A stretch of 15,941 nucleotides of DNA from Armatimonadota bacterium (GTDB lineage Bacteria; Armatimonadota; Zipacnadia; Zipacnadales; UBA5352): positions 1 to 15,941 of the forward strand of contig JAYENL010000007.1 of the NCBI GenBank assembly GCA_034722055.1, written 5' to 3'. Below, piece by piece: positions 7,518 to 15,891 of this stretch (position 1 is the stretch's first letter; the number at the start of each line of letters is the position of its first letter). Under the pieces are notes generated by a model, which was not told where the DNA came from, made no database searches, and saw only the letters and a program-made list of their open reading frames with translations. Made by a program: the position numbers and the translations under genes.

Positions 7518-9152
7518 TCAGGTGTCCGCCTCCAGCACCAGCGGGCCGCCCCGCTCCACCGGGTGCAGCTCCCAGGCGGCCAGCTCGAGGCCCCGCGGGC
7601 GGTAGTAGCGCTCCCCCACCTCGCGCAGCACGTCATCCACCGCGTCTCGATGCACGTAGGCGAACATGCACCCGCCCATGCCCGCCCCCGTAACGCGCGC
7701 GCCGATGACGCCTTCCACCCCAGTGCAGATATCCACGAGCAGGTCAAGCTCCGGGCACGAGCAGGCGAAGCCGCCCGGCTGGCGGTGCAGCGCGGCGGCC
7801 TCTTCGCCGCGCTCGGCCATCGCTGCCAGGCGAGTCAGAAGCTCGTCGCTGACCCGGCGGTCGTAGGGCACGCAGTGCTCGTCATCCGCCCACCTGACGA
7901 CGCGGTCGCCATCATGGGCAGCGGTCAGCAGGCGGCCCATCTCCGCCTCGTCGCGGGCCTCGAGCACCGGCCGGTTGCGGGCCCCGCGTGCCGGCTCGCA
8001 GATCATGTACATGCACACCGGGCGCAGCGGGAAGTCCGGCAGGTCCACGCGGTAGTGACGCATCACCGGCGCCAGCTCATCCACCCGCCCGGGCGCCAGC
8101 CTCGGCAGGTCCTCCATGCTGGCGCGCTCGGGCAGGGCCCTCAGCATGTGGTAGACGTCAGCCAGCTCGATTTCGATGTGCTCGGGAGAGACGTGCGCGA
8201 GGCAGCGAACGTCGCCCAGCGCCTCGGGGAAGCGCTCCCTGAGGATGATCATCCCGGACGCCTGGGCGAGGCCGCGCGACGTCGCCGTCTGCAGCGCCTC
8301 CACGGACTTTCGCGCCTCGACGCGCGTGTCGCACAGCACGATGCGCCACTCGTCGGGGAAGGGCAGGTGGTGCGCCTCCCAGGGATCGAAGGCGATGTCG
8401 TATCTGATGTGCAGCACATGGCCCAGCCGGCAGAGCATCTGGGAGCCGGTATCGCCCGGCCCGCCCCGCGAGCCGCAGTACCACTCGCCGGCGCCGATGA
8501 TGCGGATGGCCTCGCCCCACTCCAGCTCCAACTCGTTGAAGTAGATGGTGGCGATCCCCGCCAGGGTGGCGAGAGCCGACGAGGAGCTTACTCCAGCCGC
8601 CACCGGTATGTCCCCATCCACCAGAAGGTTCATCCCGCATAGCGGCCGGCCCGGGAAGCGGTTCTGCAGGGCGAGGATGGGGCCGATGAGGTAGTTCTGC
8701 CACGCGCCGGGCTCGATCTCGGACTCCTCGAGGACGTCGGCCCACTCCGAGCCGCGCCGGTCTGCCGGCAAAAGGTCGGCGATGGAACAACGGTGGTCCG
8801 GGTAGCGCTCGTGGGGGCTGAGCAGCGCCACGGTGTCGTCGCTGCGGCGCTGCGCGAAGCCCACTATCTCGCGGCCGAACACCACGTGGTTCTTCCAGGA
8901 GAGCTGCCCGTCCGAGTGCAGGCCCATGGTGTTGATGCGACCGGGCACCCGCACCAGGATGGTGGGCCGGTCATGGGGCAGCCGCTCGGCCGCGGCGCGG
9001 GCCGTGCGCCGCATCAGCGCCAGGCGCTGCCGGTGCACGGGCTCGTCGGGCCCATACAGGGCGCACAGCGCCCGGCGCAGCCTCTCGTCGGGAGCGGACA
9101 GCGCCTGCAGCCACTGCGGGACGGTCATCTCGGTGGCGCGCGGATAGATCAT
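7518..9152 (-). CDS. GHMP-family sugar kinase (galactokinase / N-acetylhexosamine-kinase-like)
   Basis: Motif I VPGRINTMGLHSD, ATP loop DIPVAAGVSSSSA, catalytic-Asp region GSRGGPGD, motif III GARVTGAGMGGC. The start is 9152 (10 nt after the upstream stop) or 9128. Confidence 0.85.
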   Translation of the reverse strand: MIYPRATEMTVPQWLQALSAPDERLRRALCALYGPDEPVHRQRLALMRRTARAAAERLPHDRPTILVRVPGRINTMGLHSDGQLSWKNHVVFGREIVGFAQRRSDDTVALLSPHERYPDHRCSIADLLPADRRGSEWADVLEESEIEPGAWQNYLIGPILALQNRFPGRPLCGMNLLVDGDIPVAAGVSSSSALATLAGIATIYFNELELEWGEAIRIIGAGEWYCGSRGGPGDTGSQMLCRLGHVLHIRYDIAFDPWEAHHLPFPDEWRIVLCDTRVEARKSVEALQTATSRGLAQASGMIILRERFPEALGDVRCLAHVSPEHIEIELADVYHMLRALPERASMEDLPRLAPGRVDELAPVMRHYRVDLPDFPLRPVCMYMICEPARGARNRPVLEARDEAEMGRLLTAAHDGDRVVRWADDEHCVPYDRRVSDELLTRLAAMAERGEEAAALHRQPGGFACSCPELDLLVDICTGVEGVIGARVTGAGMGGCMFAYVHRDAVDDVLREVGERYYRPRGLELAAWELHPVERGGPLVLEADT

Positions 9153-9161
9153 GGTGGATCG

Positions 9162-10889
9162 TCAGGGGCCAGCGGTCAGCTCCAGCCGCGGCGCCCCGTC
9201 GGGAGAGAGCGGTACCGCCATCCACTCCTCCCCGCGGGCCTCCACAACGGCGGTCTCGACGTGCTCGCCGCTGCAGCGGACGTCCGCCACCTGCGGCAAC
9301 AGCACCACGAACTCATCCAGCTCCGCGCAGCCATCCACGGTGACCTGCAGCTCGCCGCCATGCTCCCGTGGCGCCAGCGTCAGGCCGCGACGGCGGAGGT
9401 TGAACTGCATCCACTGATGCCCGCCAAAGCTGGGCAGCTCCAGCTCGTTCAGCTCCTCCAGGATGCACCGGAAGAAGCCCTCAGCGCGCTCGTGGCGGTC
9501 GATGTTCGTGGGGTGGCAGCAGGGGTGGTAGAGGGTGTTGAAGCGGGTGCAATCGCGGATGACCTCGCGAGTGAGCTCCTCAGTCTCCTCCGGCTCCATC
9601 ACCTCCATCACGATCTTGGGGCCCAGGTAGCCGTCATCGGACTGGATGGTGGTCTGCTGGAAGCAGTCGATGAGGGCGCCGTCGCGGGCCATGAAGCGGG
9701 CGGGGAGGCCGGTGCCGCCCACATAGCCCTCCCGGAGATAGCGGCCGGCGGCGAAGTCGAAGCTCAGTCGGCAGCCATGCCGCGCCAGCTCGCGCGGGAA
9801 CTCGGCCCATCCGGGGAAGAGGCAGGAGTGCGCCACGTAGGAGGTGGGCGTGAGGCCGTAGCGCTCCTCGAAGCGCGACACAAGGTGCTCCAGGATCTCG
9901 GTGGCCTCCTGCACGGTGGGCATCAGCGGATAGATGGGGTGGATGCCGATGTCGTGGCCGCGCTCGCGCAGCTCGGCGGCCTCCTCGCGGGTGAACTGCG
10001 GGAGGTGCTGCTCCATCACCTGGATGGTATAGCTGTGGCCGTACTCCTCGGCGATGGCCAGCGCATTGTCGTAGTGGCCGCGGCTCTGACCGTCGCTGTC
10101 GCCGCGGATGACGGCCGCCGCCCGCGTGGGCGAGGGGAAGTACCACACCCGCGGCAGGTCGATGGGACTGACGTGTCGGAGCACGCGCACCAGCAGCTCC
10201 TGCTGCAGATCCGCCTGGGGCAGCCGCCGCAGGTTCGGGTCCAGGTAGCCGATGAAGAAGTCGTTGGGCTTGAGCATGCCGTCGCGGTCGCGGTCAGGGT
10301 TGCCGTCATGGGCGCGCTCGCGAGGCACGCCCTGGTGGGTCAGGGCGACGGAGGCCGCCAGGTCGAAGGTGAAGGCCACCGCCCACCCCTCACCGACCTG
10401 CCGCACCCACACGCCCGGGTAGATCGAGGGGGAGTCCGGCCGCCCACCGACGTGCGCCACGGCCGCGCCGTCCACCGGCGCCTGCATATCGGCCTCACCG
10501 TGGAACTGGAAGGCCGGCGCCGGCAGATTCGCGAGCCACGGGACGGAGAAGTCGGCGCGGAGGTAGACATCCGCGGCGCGCGAGTAGGTGCCCTCCACCG
10601 GGTCCAGGCCGAACAGCTCCCGCCGGCGCCACTGCGGCCTCATGGCCACCAGGGCACCGCCCGAGCGCGCGAAGTCCTCCAGCATCCCCATCTCCCGCTC
10701 GCTCAGCTCCACGTCCTCCACGATCGCCACGGCGGCGCCATCGAGGTGCTCGTCGGTCAACGCCTCCTCCCGGAGGTCAAGCATCTCGAAGCACATGTAG
10801 CCCTCGATGAGCAGGATCTCCGGCAGATACCCCGCGAAGGGGCTGTGGCGCGGCGCTCCCTCGATCACGACGATGGGTGCAGTCGCCAT
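9162..10889 (-). CDS. Cytoplasmic protein with an N-terminal class-I glutamine-amidotransferase-like (trimerisation-type) domain and a C-terminal polysaccharide deacetylase (NodB/CE4-like) barrel
   Basis: AAGGAGG RBS. LEDFARSGGALVA...ELFG and VRQVGEGWAV in the N-domain. AAAVIRGDSD, LRERGHDIGIHP and YVAHSC resemble deacetylase motifs 1-3. Confidence 0.65.
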   Translation of the reverse strand: MATAPIVVIEGAPRHSPFAGYLPEILLIEGYMCFEMLDLREEALTDEHLDGAAVAIVEDVELSEREMGMLEDFARSGGALVAMRPQWRRRELFGLDPVEGTYSRAADVYLRADFSVPWLANLPAPAFQFHGEADMQAPVDGAAVAHVGGRPDSPSIYPGVWVRQVGEGWAVAFTFDLAASVALTHQGVPRERAHDGNPDRDRDGMLKPNDFFIGYLDPNLRRLPQADLQQELLVRVLRHVSPIDLPRVWYFPSPTRAAAVIRGDSDGQSRGHYDNALAIAEEYGHSYTIQVMEQHLPQFTREEAAELRERGHDIGIHPIYPLMPTVQEATEILEHLVSRFEERYGLTPTSYVAHSCLFPGWAEFPRELARHGCRLSFDFAAGRYLREGYVGGTGLPARFMARDGALIDCFQQTTIQSDDGYLGPKIVMEVMEPEETEELTREVIRDCTRFNTLYHPCCHPTNIDRHERAEGFFRCILEELNELELPSFGGHQWMQFNLRRRGLTLAPREHGGELQVTVDGCAELDEFVVLLPQVADVRCSGEHVETAVVEARGEEWMAVPLSPDGAPRLELTAGP

Positions 10890-10922
10890 TGGAACGGACC
10901 TCCTTGTCTCGGGCGCGAGGCG

Positions 10923-11840
10923 TCAGGCCGGCGCGCCGCCGCGTCCGTAGTCGCCCGGGCCGCCCATCTCCTCCGCCACCTGCCGCATGCCCAGGCAGGA
11001 GATCGGCACCAGCTCCATTCCCTCGAGCTCCGCGCGCTCCTGGACGTAGTCGAGGACGTAGCGGAGGTTGTCGAAGTGCGGCCGCTCGGTGTTGTGCGAG
11101 CCCATCTTGATGACCTTGACCGGCGTGTCGATCAGCCGCATGACCTCCAGGTTCGTGTCCACGATGCGGCGGTAGCTATGAAGGGTCTCATGCGTCGGAG
11201 GGTACTCCGGGCGCAGGTCCCTGGTCCGCTGGTCGCGGCGCATGCCGGTGATGTCAGCGGTGTTGGGTATGACGTAAAGCGGGAGGCAGCCGGGGATCAG
11301 ATGATGGTCCGAGGCCCAGTGCGGGTAGGGGTACTGGCCCACGGTGCACCGGTCCGGGCGGTCGGTGAGGTAGCGCCCGGCTCCGGGAGCCTTGGCCACG
11401 GTGAATCCCAACTCCACCAGCAGCGGGTAGGTGGCTCGGCTCTTGGAGCCGCAGCAGGGCGTGTAGATCTCTGGCCGGAAGCCGAGCGCGTCCTGGAAGT
11501 CCTCGATGGCCTCCGTGATGATCCGCCGCTGCATGGGGGCGTCATACTGGCCCAGGTCGAGCGTATAGGCGGGGAAGCGAAAGCCCGGCACGTTGGGCTG
11601 CATGCCGATCTCGATGCCCCGGCTCTGGCGCAGGTCAGTGAGCAGGTCCGGATGCGCCTTTGCCGCCTCCGGCGTGGCATGGAAGCCCAGGCCCGCCAGA
11701 AGGCGGTACTCCTCGAAGATCTCCACGAAGGTGAGGATGGCCTTCTGGGACACCGCCCAGCTCGACGGTCCCCCGCACGCGGGGGACCTGTCCGCCAGCG
11801 GCTCGCAGTCCACACCACAGTTGAAGTAGAGCTTCTCCAT
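10923..11840 (-). CDS. Polysaccharide deacetylase / glycoside hydrolase-deacetylase beta/alpha-barrel family protein
   Basis: AGGAGG RBS 8 nt before ATG 11840. N-terminal VDCE, then FHATPE, IEIGMQ, QRRIITEAIEDFQDALGFRPEIY and TYPLLVELGF follow the NodB-like layout. Confidence 0.65.
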   Translation of the reverse strand: MEKLYFNCGVDCEPLADRSPACGGPSSWAVSQKAILTFVEIFEEYRLLAGLGFHATPEAAKAHPDLLTDLRQSRGIEIGMQPNVPGFRFPAYTLDLGQYDAPMQRRIITEAIEDFQDALGFRPEIYTPCCGSKSRATYPLLVELGFTVAKAPGAGRYLTDRPDRCTVGQYPYPHWASDHHLIPGCLPLYVIPNTADITGMRRDQRTRDLRPEYPPTHETLHSYRRIVDTNLEVMRLIDTPVKVIKMGSHNTERPHFDNLRYVLDYVQERAELEGMELVPISCLGMRQVAEEMGGPGDYGRGGAPA

Positions 11841-11899
11841 CGCCACCGCCTCCTGATGCGTGCGGGCGCCCGCATCCGCGGGACGCCGCTCGCGCCTGG

Positions 11900-12793
11900 C
11901 TACAGCATCGGGCGAAGGTAGCGTGCCGCCTGAGCCACCAGCTCATCCACATTCGCCAGCGTCGGCATGCGGTGGCTGATGTGGAAGGGGGTGCAGACCT
12001 CGAAGCTGATGGTGGGATCGAGGCCCTCGGCCTTGCAGGCCTCGATGAACGCCTCGTTCTCCACCATGCCCTCGCCCAGCGGGACGTGGTTCATGGGCAC
12101 GGACTGCAGCGTGGTCAGCTCGGGAACGGCATCGTAGGTGATCATGGGGCTGCCGCGCTCGAAGTCCGCAATGTGTCCCACCGCCAGGCGGTCGCCGACG
12201 AGCTGCACAGCCTCCGCCGGGTCCTCACCGCGGAAGGACAGGTGTGGCGGGTCCAGCATGACCTTCACGATGTCGGAGCCGATGTGCTCCACCATGTCCA
12301 TGAGCGCCGGCGTTGACTGCACCACGCCCGTGTGCCACTCCAGGACGATGTCGAGACCGAGCTGCTCGGCCAGCGGGACCAGCTCTCTGACGCCCTCGAC
12401 GCACCACTCCCACTGCTCCCAGCCGGTGGCACCCTCGTGGATGACGTCGCCGCCGGCGTAGACGCGGACCGAGGGCGCCCCCAGGTCCGCGGCCAGTCGG
12501 AAGGTCTCCCGGGCGAAGACCAGCTCCTTCTCCCGGTCCACCGCGTTCGACCGCGGCAGGTCGATGTACCCGGCGATGCACGTGAGGCCGATCCTGCGAT
12601 CCGCCGCGTAGCTGCGCAGCTTCTCGGCCCGGGAGGTATCGAAGTCAAATGGCGAGCAGATGGGGCGCTTCGCCATCAGCTCCACGGCATCGTACCCGTG
12701 CTGCGCGGCACGATCGATGATCTCCTCGGGCGAGAGAGCCCCGCCCTCGTAGAAGTACCCGGCGTAGGTGATGGAGTGAAGAGCAAGCTCCAT
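11900..12793 (-). CDS. Sugar phosphate isomerase/epimerase, xylose-isomerase-like TIM barrel (AP_endonuc_2 family)
   Basis: GGAGGTG RBS. Family pattern AAQHGYDAVEL, LAADLGAPSVRV and VPLGEG. Metal-ligand set LEWH / LDPPH / HIAD / FEVC. Confidence 0.88.
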   Translation of the reverse strand: MELALHSITYAGYFYEGGALSPEEIIDRAAQHGYDAVELMAKRPICSPFDFDTSRAEKLRSYAADRRIGLTCIAGYIDLPRSNAVDREKELVFARETFRLAADLGAPSVRVYAGGDVIHEGATGWEQWEWCVEGVRELVPLAEQLGLDIVLEWHTGVVQSTPALMDMVEHIGSDIVKVMLDPPHLSFRGEDPAEAVQLVGDRLAVGHIADFERGSPMITYDAVPELTTLQSVPMNHVPLGEGMVENEAFIEACKAEGLDPTISFEVCTPFHISHRMPTLANVDELVAQAARYLRPML

Positions 12794-12868
12794 CTTCGCT
12801 GCACCTCCCTGATCATACGCGTTCTGGTGCTCGAGCATCGCGCACAGTCATGGCGGCCGGTCAGCGGC

Positions 12869-12893
12869 TCAGCCCTCCGGATCGGAGGGCCGA
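12869..12893 (-). other. GC-rich hairpin just downstream of the BNR-4 gene stop (stabiliser, processing site or weak terminator)
   Basis: Minus strand tcggccctccg-atc-cggagggctga forms 11 bp with one G-U pair, 5 nt after the stop. No U-tract follows. Confidence 0.45.
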
Positions 12894-12898
12894 CGCGG

Positions 12899-14167
12899 TC
12901 ACTGCTGCCCCGGCTGCCGCCAGACCAGCTTCACAGCCGTCACGCGATGGTGAATGCCGTGCCCGTAGCAGTCGGGACCCTTCTCCCCGGCCGAGTAGAG
13001 CAGCCAGGGCACGCCGACGCGGTTGTGTCCGGTCGGTCGCTCCACGCTCGGGCCCATCAGAGGCCTGTCCGGCTCCGGTGCGGCGATGGGCAGGCGCTGG
13101 AAGCTCTGGGCGCCGTCATCGGAGTAGAGGACGAACAGACTGCCCTCGATGGGGCCGAACCAGTAGAGGCGGTCGCGGGAGTCGATGGCGAGCGTGCCCC
13201 CGGCGTGAGCCGCCTCCTCCTGCGGGATGCCGGCAGTCTCCGCCGGGCGGATGGTGCGCCACGCGCTGCCGTCGTGATGCCACAGCTCCAGCCCGCTGAC
13301 GCTGATCCACGGGCGGCTGTGAGAGTCGCAGACGACCGAGTACGTGCCCAGTGACGTGTCGCTGCGCTTGAAGAAGGCGTCCCGCTCCGGCGTGACGGGG
13401 AGCGTGACGGTCGAGCCGCCGGCGAGGGTCCAGGTGTCGCCGCGGTCGCGCGAGACCAGGTGGCCGGCGCACTTGGCCGCTCCGTTGTAGTAGATGTCGT
13501 AGGAGACGTGCAGGGACTGGTCCGGGGCGATGGTCAGCGCGCTGTGGAAGTGGGTGTACCCGGACTCGATCGGCGCCGCGGCCAGCTCAGTCAGGTCGCT
13601 CCACGGCCGGCCCTCTGGCTTGCGCTGGTAGACGAGACGCTTTGCAGCCGCCTCTCCGCCCCGGTAGATAATGTGCAGCGTGTCCCGGTCATCGCACACG
13701 GCGCTGGGATAGGTGGCATCAATGCCGAAGGCGTCCTGCGCGATCCACTCCCCGGAGTCGTCGGGCCGAGCGGATACCGCATGCTGCAGCGGCCCATGGT
13801 GAGGACCGAAGAAGATGTGCAGGTACCCTTCGCTGTCGGCCAGCAGGGCCGGGCCGCCGTGGTTGTCCTTGCCGCTGCCGACCCTCACCGGATCGCCCCA
13901 CCGCCCATCGGCGTGGTCATACGTGGCCACCATCGTCTCGGAGATGGAGTCCAGCCAGGCAACGTGAGTCCCCTCCTCCAGGGTGACGATCTTGTTGGTG
14001 ACCGCGTAGCGAGTGGCGCGCGTGGAGCCTCGCTCCGACAGGATCTTCGACAGGTCGATCTGGAGCCGCATGTCATCACCTTCGGCCGCCGCAGGATGCG
14101 TCTGCATCGAGTATGCGATCACGAGCCCCAGTGCAAGCGGGGCTACGGCAGCGTGCAACTGCCCCAT
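12899..14167 (-). CDS. Secreted BNR-4 repeat / Asp-box beta-propeller protein (putative glycosidase or lyase)
   Basis: GGAGGAGG RBS; signal peptide MGQLHAAVAPLALGLVIAYSMQTHPAAA. BNR_4-type DNHGGPALLADSEGYLHIFFGPH and ATYP. Asp-boxes SRDRGDTW and SDDGAQSF. Confidence 0.82.
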   Translation of the reverse strand: MGQLHAAVAPLALGLVIAYSMQTHPAAAEGDDMRLQIDLSKILSERGSTRATRYAVTNKIVTLEEGTHVAWLDSISETMVATYDHADGRWGDPVRVGSGKDNHGGPALLADSEGYLHIFFGPHHGPLQHAVSARPDDSGEWIAQDAFGIDATYPSAVCDDRDTLHIIYRGGEAAAKRLVYQRKPEGRPWSDLTELAAAPIESGYTHFHSALTIAPDQSLHVSYDIYYNGAAKCAGHLVSRDRGDTWTLAGGSTVTLPVTPERDAFFKRSDTSLGTYSVVCDSHSRPWISVSGLELWHHDGSAWRTIRPAETAGIPQEEAAHAGGTLAIDSRDRLYWFGPIEGSLFVLYSDDGAQSFQRLPIAAPEPDRPLMGPSVERPTGHNRVGVPWLLYSAGEKGPDCYGHGIHHRVTAVKLVWRQPGQQ

Positions 14168-14469
14168 GGCGATCTTCCTCCTCCGCGCGCGGGCCGCCAT
14201 CCCGGCGTGAGAGGCATTCGCCGAGTGCCGACCGGGACCTGCACGCGGAGCCCCTGCGTCCGGAATCCTCCACATGTCACCGCGCCGGCGGAGGACAATC
14301 TGGGGGCGTGCTCGAAGGCAGTAGCGCACATGCCAAGAGGAACGCGGCTATCTGCGACAGGATGGCATGTTGGCGGCTCCGGGCAGAGAGCAGCGTCCAA
14401 GGACCCGGCCGGGGAGATGGCGAAGCGAGGATCCGTCAGGGGGCAAATCCAGACGACTGGGGCGATGAC

Positions 14470-15678
14470 ATGGACCGCGACCGGAGAGAAGACATCCTGA
14501 GGACGCAGCGAACCGACCAGTGGCAGCGCGGCGAGCCGCACATCGGCGGCTACTACGGAGAGGAGGAGATCGAGACCGTCGTCGAGACCATTCGGGACTC
14601 CATGGACCCCAACGAGGGTTTCGGGTTCATCTGCGAGGAGATCGAGCAGTTCGAGGAACAGTTCGGAGCCTACTGCAATGCCTCGGAGTGCGTGACGATC
14701 AACGGCGCGGGCACCGGCCTGGACATGGCGATGATGTGTCTGGACCTGGAGCCGGGCGATGAGGTGATCGTCCCGGCGATCAACTTCCCGGGGGCCGCCC
14801 TCTCCGTCATCGGCCAGGGCGGGAACGTGGTGTGGTGCGAGGTCGATCCGCGGACCTTCCAGGCCGACCCCGAGGACGTGGAGCGGCGCATCACCGAGCG
14901 CACGCGAGCGATCTACCCCGTGCACATGAACGGGATGGCCGCGCCCATCGATGACTACCTGGAGATCGCCGAGCGCCACCCGCACCCCAGGCACGGGCCG
15001 CTGAAGGTCATCGGCGATGCGGCGCGCTCCTGCGGGGCGGGCTATAAGGGCGAGAAGATCGGCGGCCGGGCGTGGATGACCGTCTACAGCTTCCACACCA
15101 TGAAGCTGATGACCACGCTGGGCGAGGGCGGGGCCGTGACCACCAATGACCCGGAGGTCGCCGACCGCCTCCGCGCCATCCGCCAGTTCGGCGGCGGGAA
15201 GCAGTGGGGGACGAACTACAAGATGACGAAGGTGCAGGCGGCGGTGGGCCTGGTGCAGCTTGAGCGGCTCGACAGGATGCTCGACCAGCGCCGCCTGGTG
15301 GCCTACGAGCGCAATGAGCTGCTGGCGGACCTGCCGGAGCTGACGCTTCCGTACGAGCCCGAGGACTGCTGGCACACCTACTACCTCTACACCTGTCTGG
15401 TGCCCGAGGACTGGGCGGGCGAGAAGCGGGACCGCATCATCGAGATCATGCGCGACGACTACCAGGTGGGCTGCGTGGTCGCCAACCCGCCCTGCTACAA
15501 GAGCAACGCCTTCCTGGGGCGGATGACGGACGGCCAGCGCCTGCCGCTCTCCGAGCAGCTTGGCGACCGGCTCATCTGCATCTCGCTGCATCCGAAAATG
15601 ACCACGGAGGATAACGAGTATATCTGCGCTGCCCTGTGGGACGCCGTGGAGCGCATCCGCGAGGAGGGGCAGGCTTAG
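14470..15678 (+). CDS. DegT/DnrJ/EryC1/StrS family PLP-dependent sugar aminotransferase
   Basis: Motifs NGAGTGL, LEPGDEVIVPAINF, ITERTRAIYPVHMNG, DAA, YSFHTMKLMTTLGEGG (PLP lysine), GTNYKM and ISLHPKMT. The start is chosen at ATG 14470 after a weak GGGG RBS and is uncertain. Confidence 0.92.
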   Translation: MDRDRREDILRTQRTDQWQRGEPHIGGYYGEEEIETVVETIRDSMDPNEGFGFICEEIEQFEEQFGAYCNASECVTINGAGTGLDMAMMCLDLEPGDEVIVPAINFPGAALSVIGQGGNVVWCEVDPRTFQADPEDVERRITERTRAIYPVHMNGMAAPIDDYLEIAERHPHPRHGPLKVIGDAARSCGAGYKGEKIGGRAWMTVYSFHTMKLMTTLGEGGAVTTNDPEVADRLRAIRQFGGGKQWGTNYKMTKVQAAVGLVQLERLDRMLDQRRLVAYERNELLADLPELTLPYEPEDCWHTYYLYTCLVPEDWAGEKRDRIIEIMRDDYQVGCVVANPPCYKSNAFLGRMTDGQRLPLSEQLGDRLICISLHPKMTTEDNEYICAALWDAVERIREEGQA

Positions 15679-15685
15679 AACGACC

Positions 15686-15732
15686 GGGCCGACTTCGCGC
15701 GCCTCTCTCCGGCGCGCTCAGGCGGCCCCTCC
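15686..15732 (-). repeat. Family A imperfect palindrome (REP-like), copy 2
   Basis: Reads gggccg-acttcg-cgcgcc-tctctcc-ggcgcg-ctcagg-cggccc-ctcc, 7 nt after the aminotransferase stop. Same orientation and length as 5-51. Confidence 0.85.
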
Positions 15733-15778
15733 GCCGGGTGCCCGTTTGCCTTCGGTGAACGCCCAACGACAACGATCA

Positions 15779-15803
15779 GGCGGGAGGGTAGTCCCGCCCC
15801 TCC
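15779..15803 (-). repeat. Short GGAG-led hairpin adjacent to the intron 3' junction
   Basis: Minus strand GGAG-g-ggcggga-ctaccc-tcccgcc has a perfect 7-bp stem and begins with the same GGAGGGGC octamer as both family A copies. Confidence 0.45.
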
Positions 15804-15817
15804 AAACGGCACGACAG

Positions 15818-15887
15818 ATTGACATAGGTAGGCCCTCACGGGCTGTCCCTGTCACACCACCGTGCGTACGGGTCCGTACACGGCGGT
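15818..15887 (-). ncRNA. Group II intron catalytic domains V and VI
   Basis: DV is accgccgtg-tacg-gacc-cgta-cg-cacggtggt. DVI is gacaggg...gccc-GTGA-gggc...cct[A]tgtc, with a GNRA loop and the bulged branch A at 15825, 8 nt from the 3' end. Confidence 0.92.
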
Positions 15888-15891
15888 TCGA

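Noticed and set aside
11861..11874. Perfect 14-bp palindrome TGCGGGCGCCCGCA between the isomerase and deacetylase genes
   Set aside because: Single, almost all G/C and not repeated elsewhere in the window, so plausible by chance at this composition.
8793..11921. 1042-aa plus-strand ORF, and similar long antisense ORFs (1932-3239, 3506-5110, 5939-7021, 7563-8642, 12332-13354, 13460-14500, 14143-15591)
   Set aside because: They lie antisense to genes with clear family motifs and RBSs and show no recognisable motifs. Long shadow ORFs are expected from high-GC codon bias.
15686..15732. Intrinsic terminator for the aminotransferase gene
   Set aside because: No U-tract, and the stem has conserved mismatches that pair better on the opposite strand. 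It is treated as a repeat, although a terminating role is not excluded.
15761..15817. GCCCAAC as an integron attC R'' box next to a IIC intron
   Set aside because: There is no matching GTTRRRY or L boxes in view, the intron junction is not TTGT/T within the box, and no integrase is present.
15819..15848. TTGACA as a -35 promoter element
   Set aside because: It is the reverse complement of the intron's terminal TGTCAA, and no -10 box lies at the right spacing.
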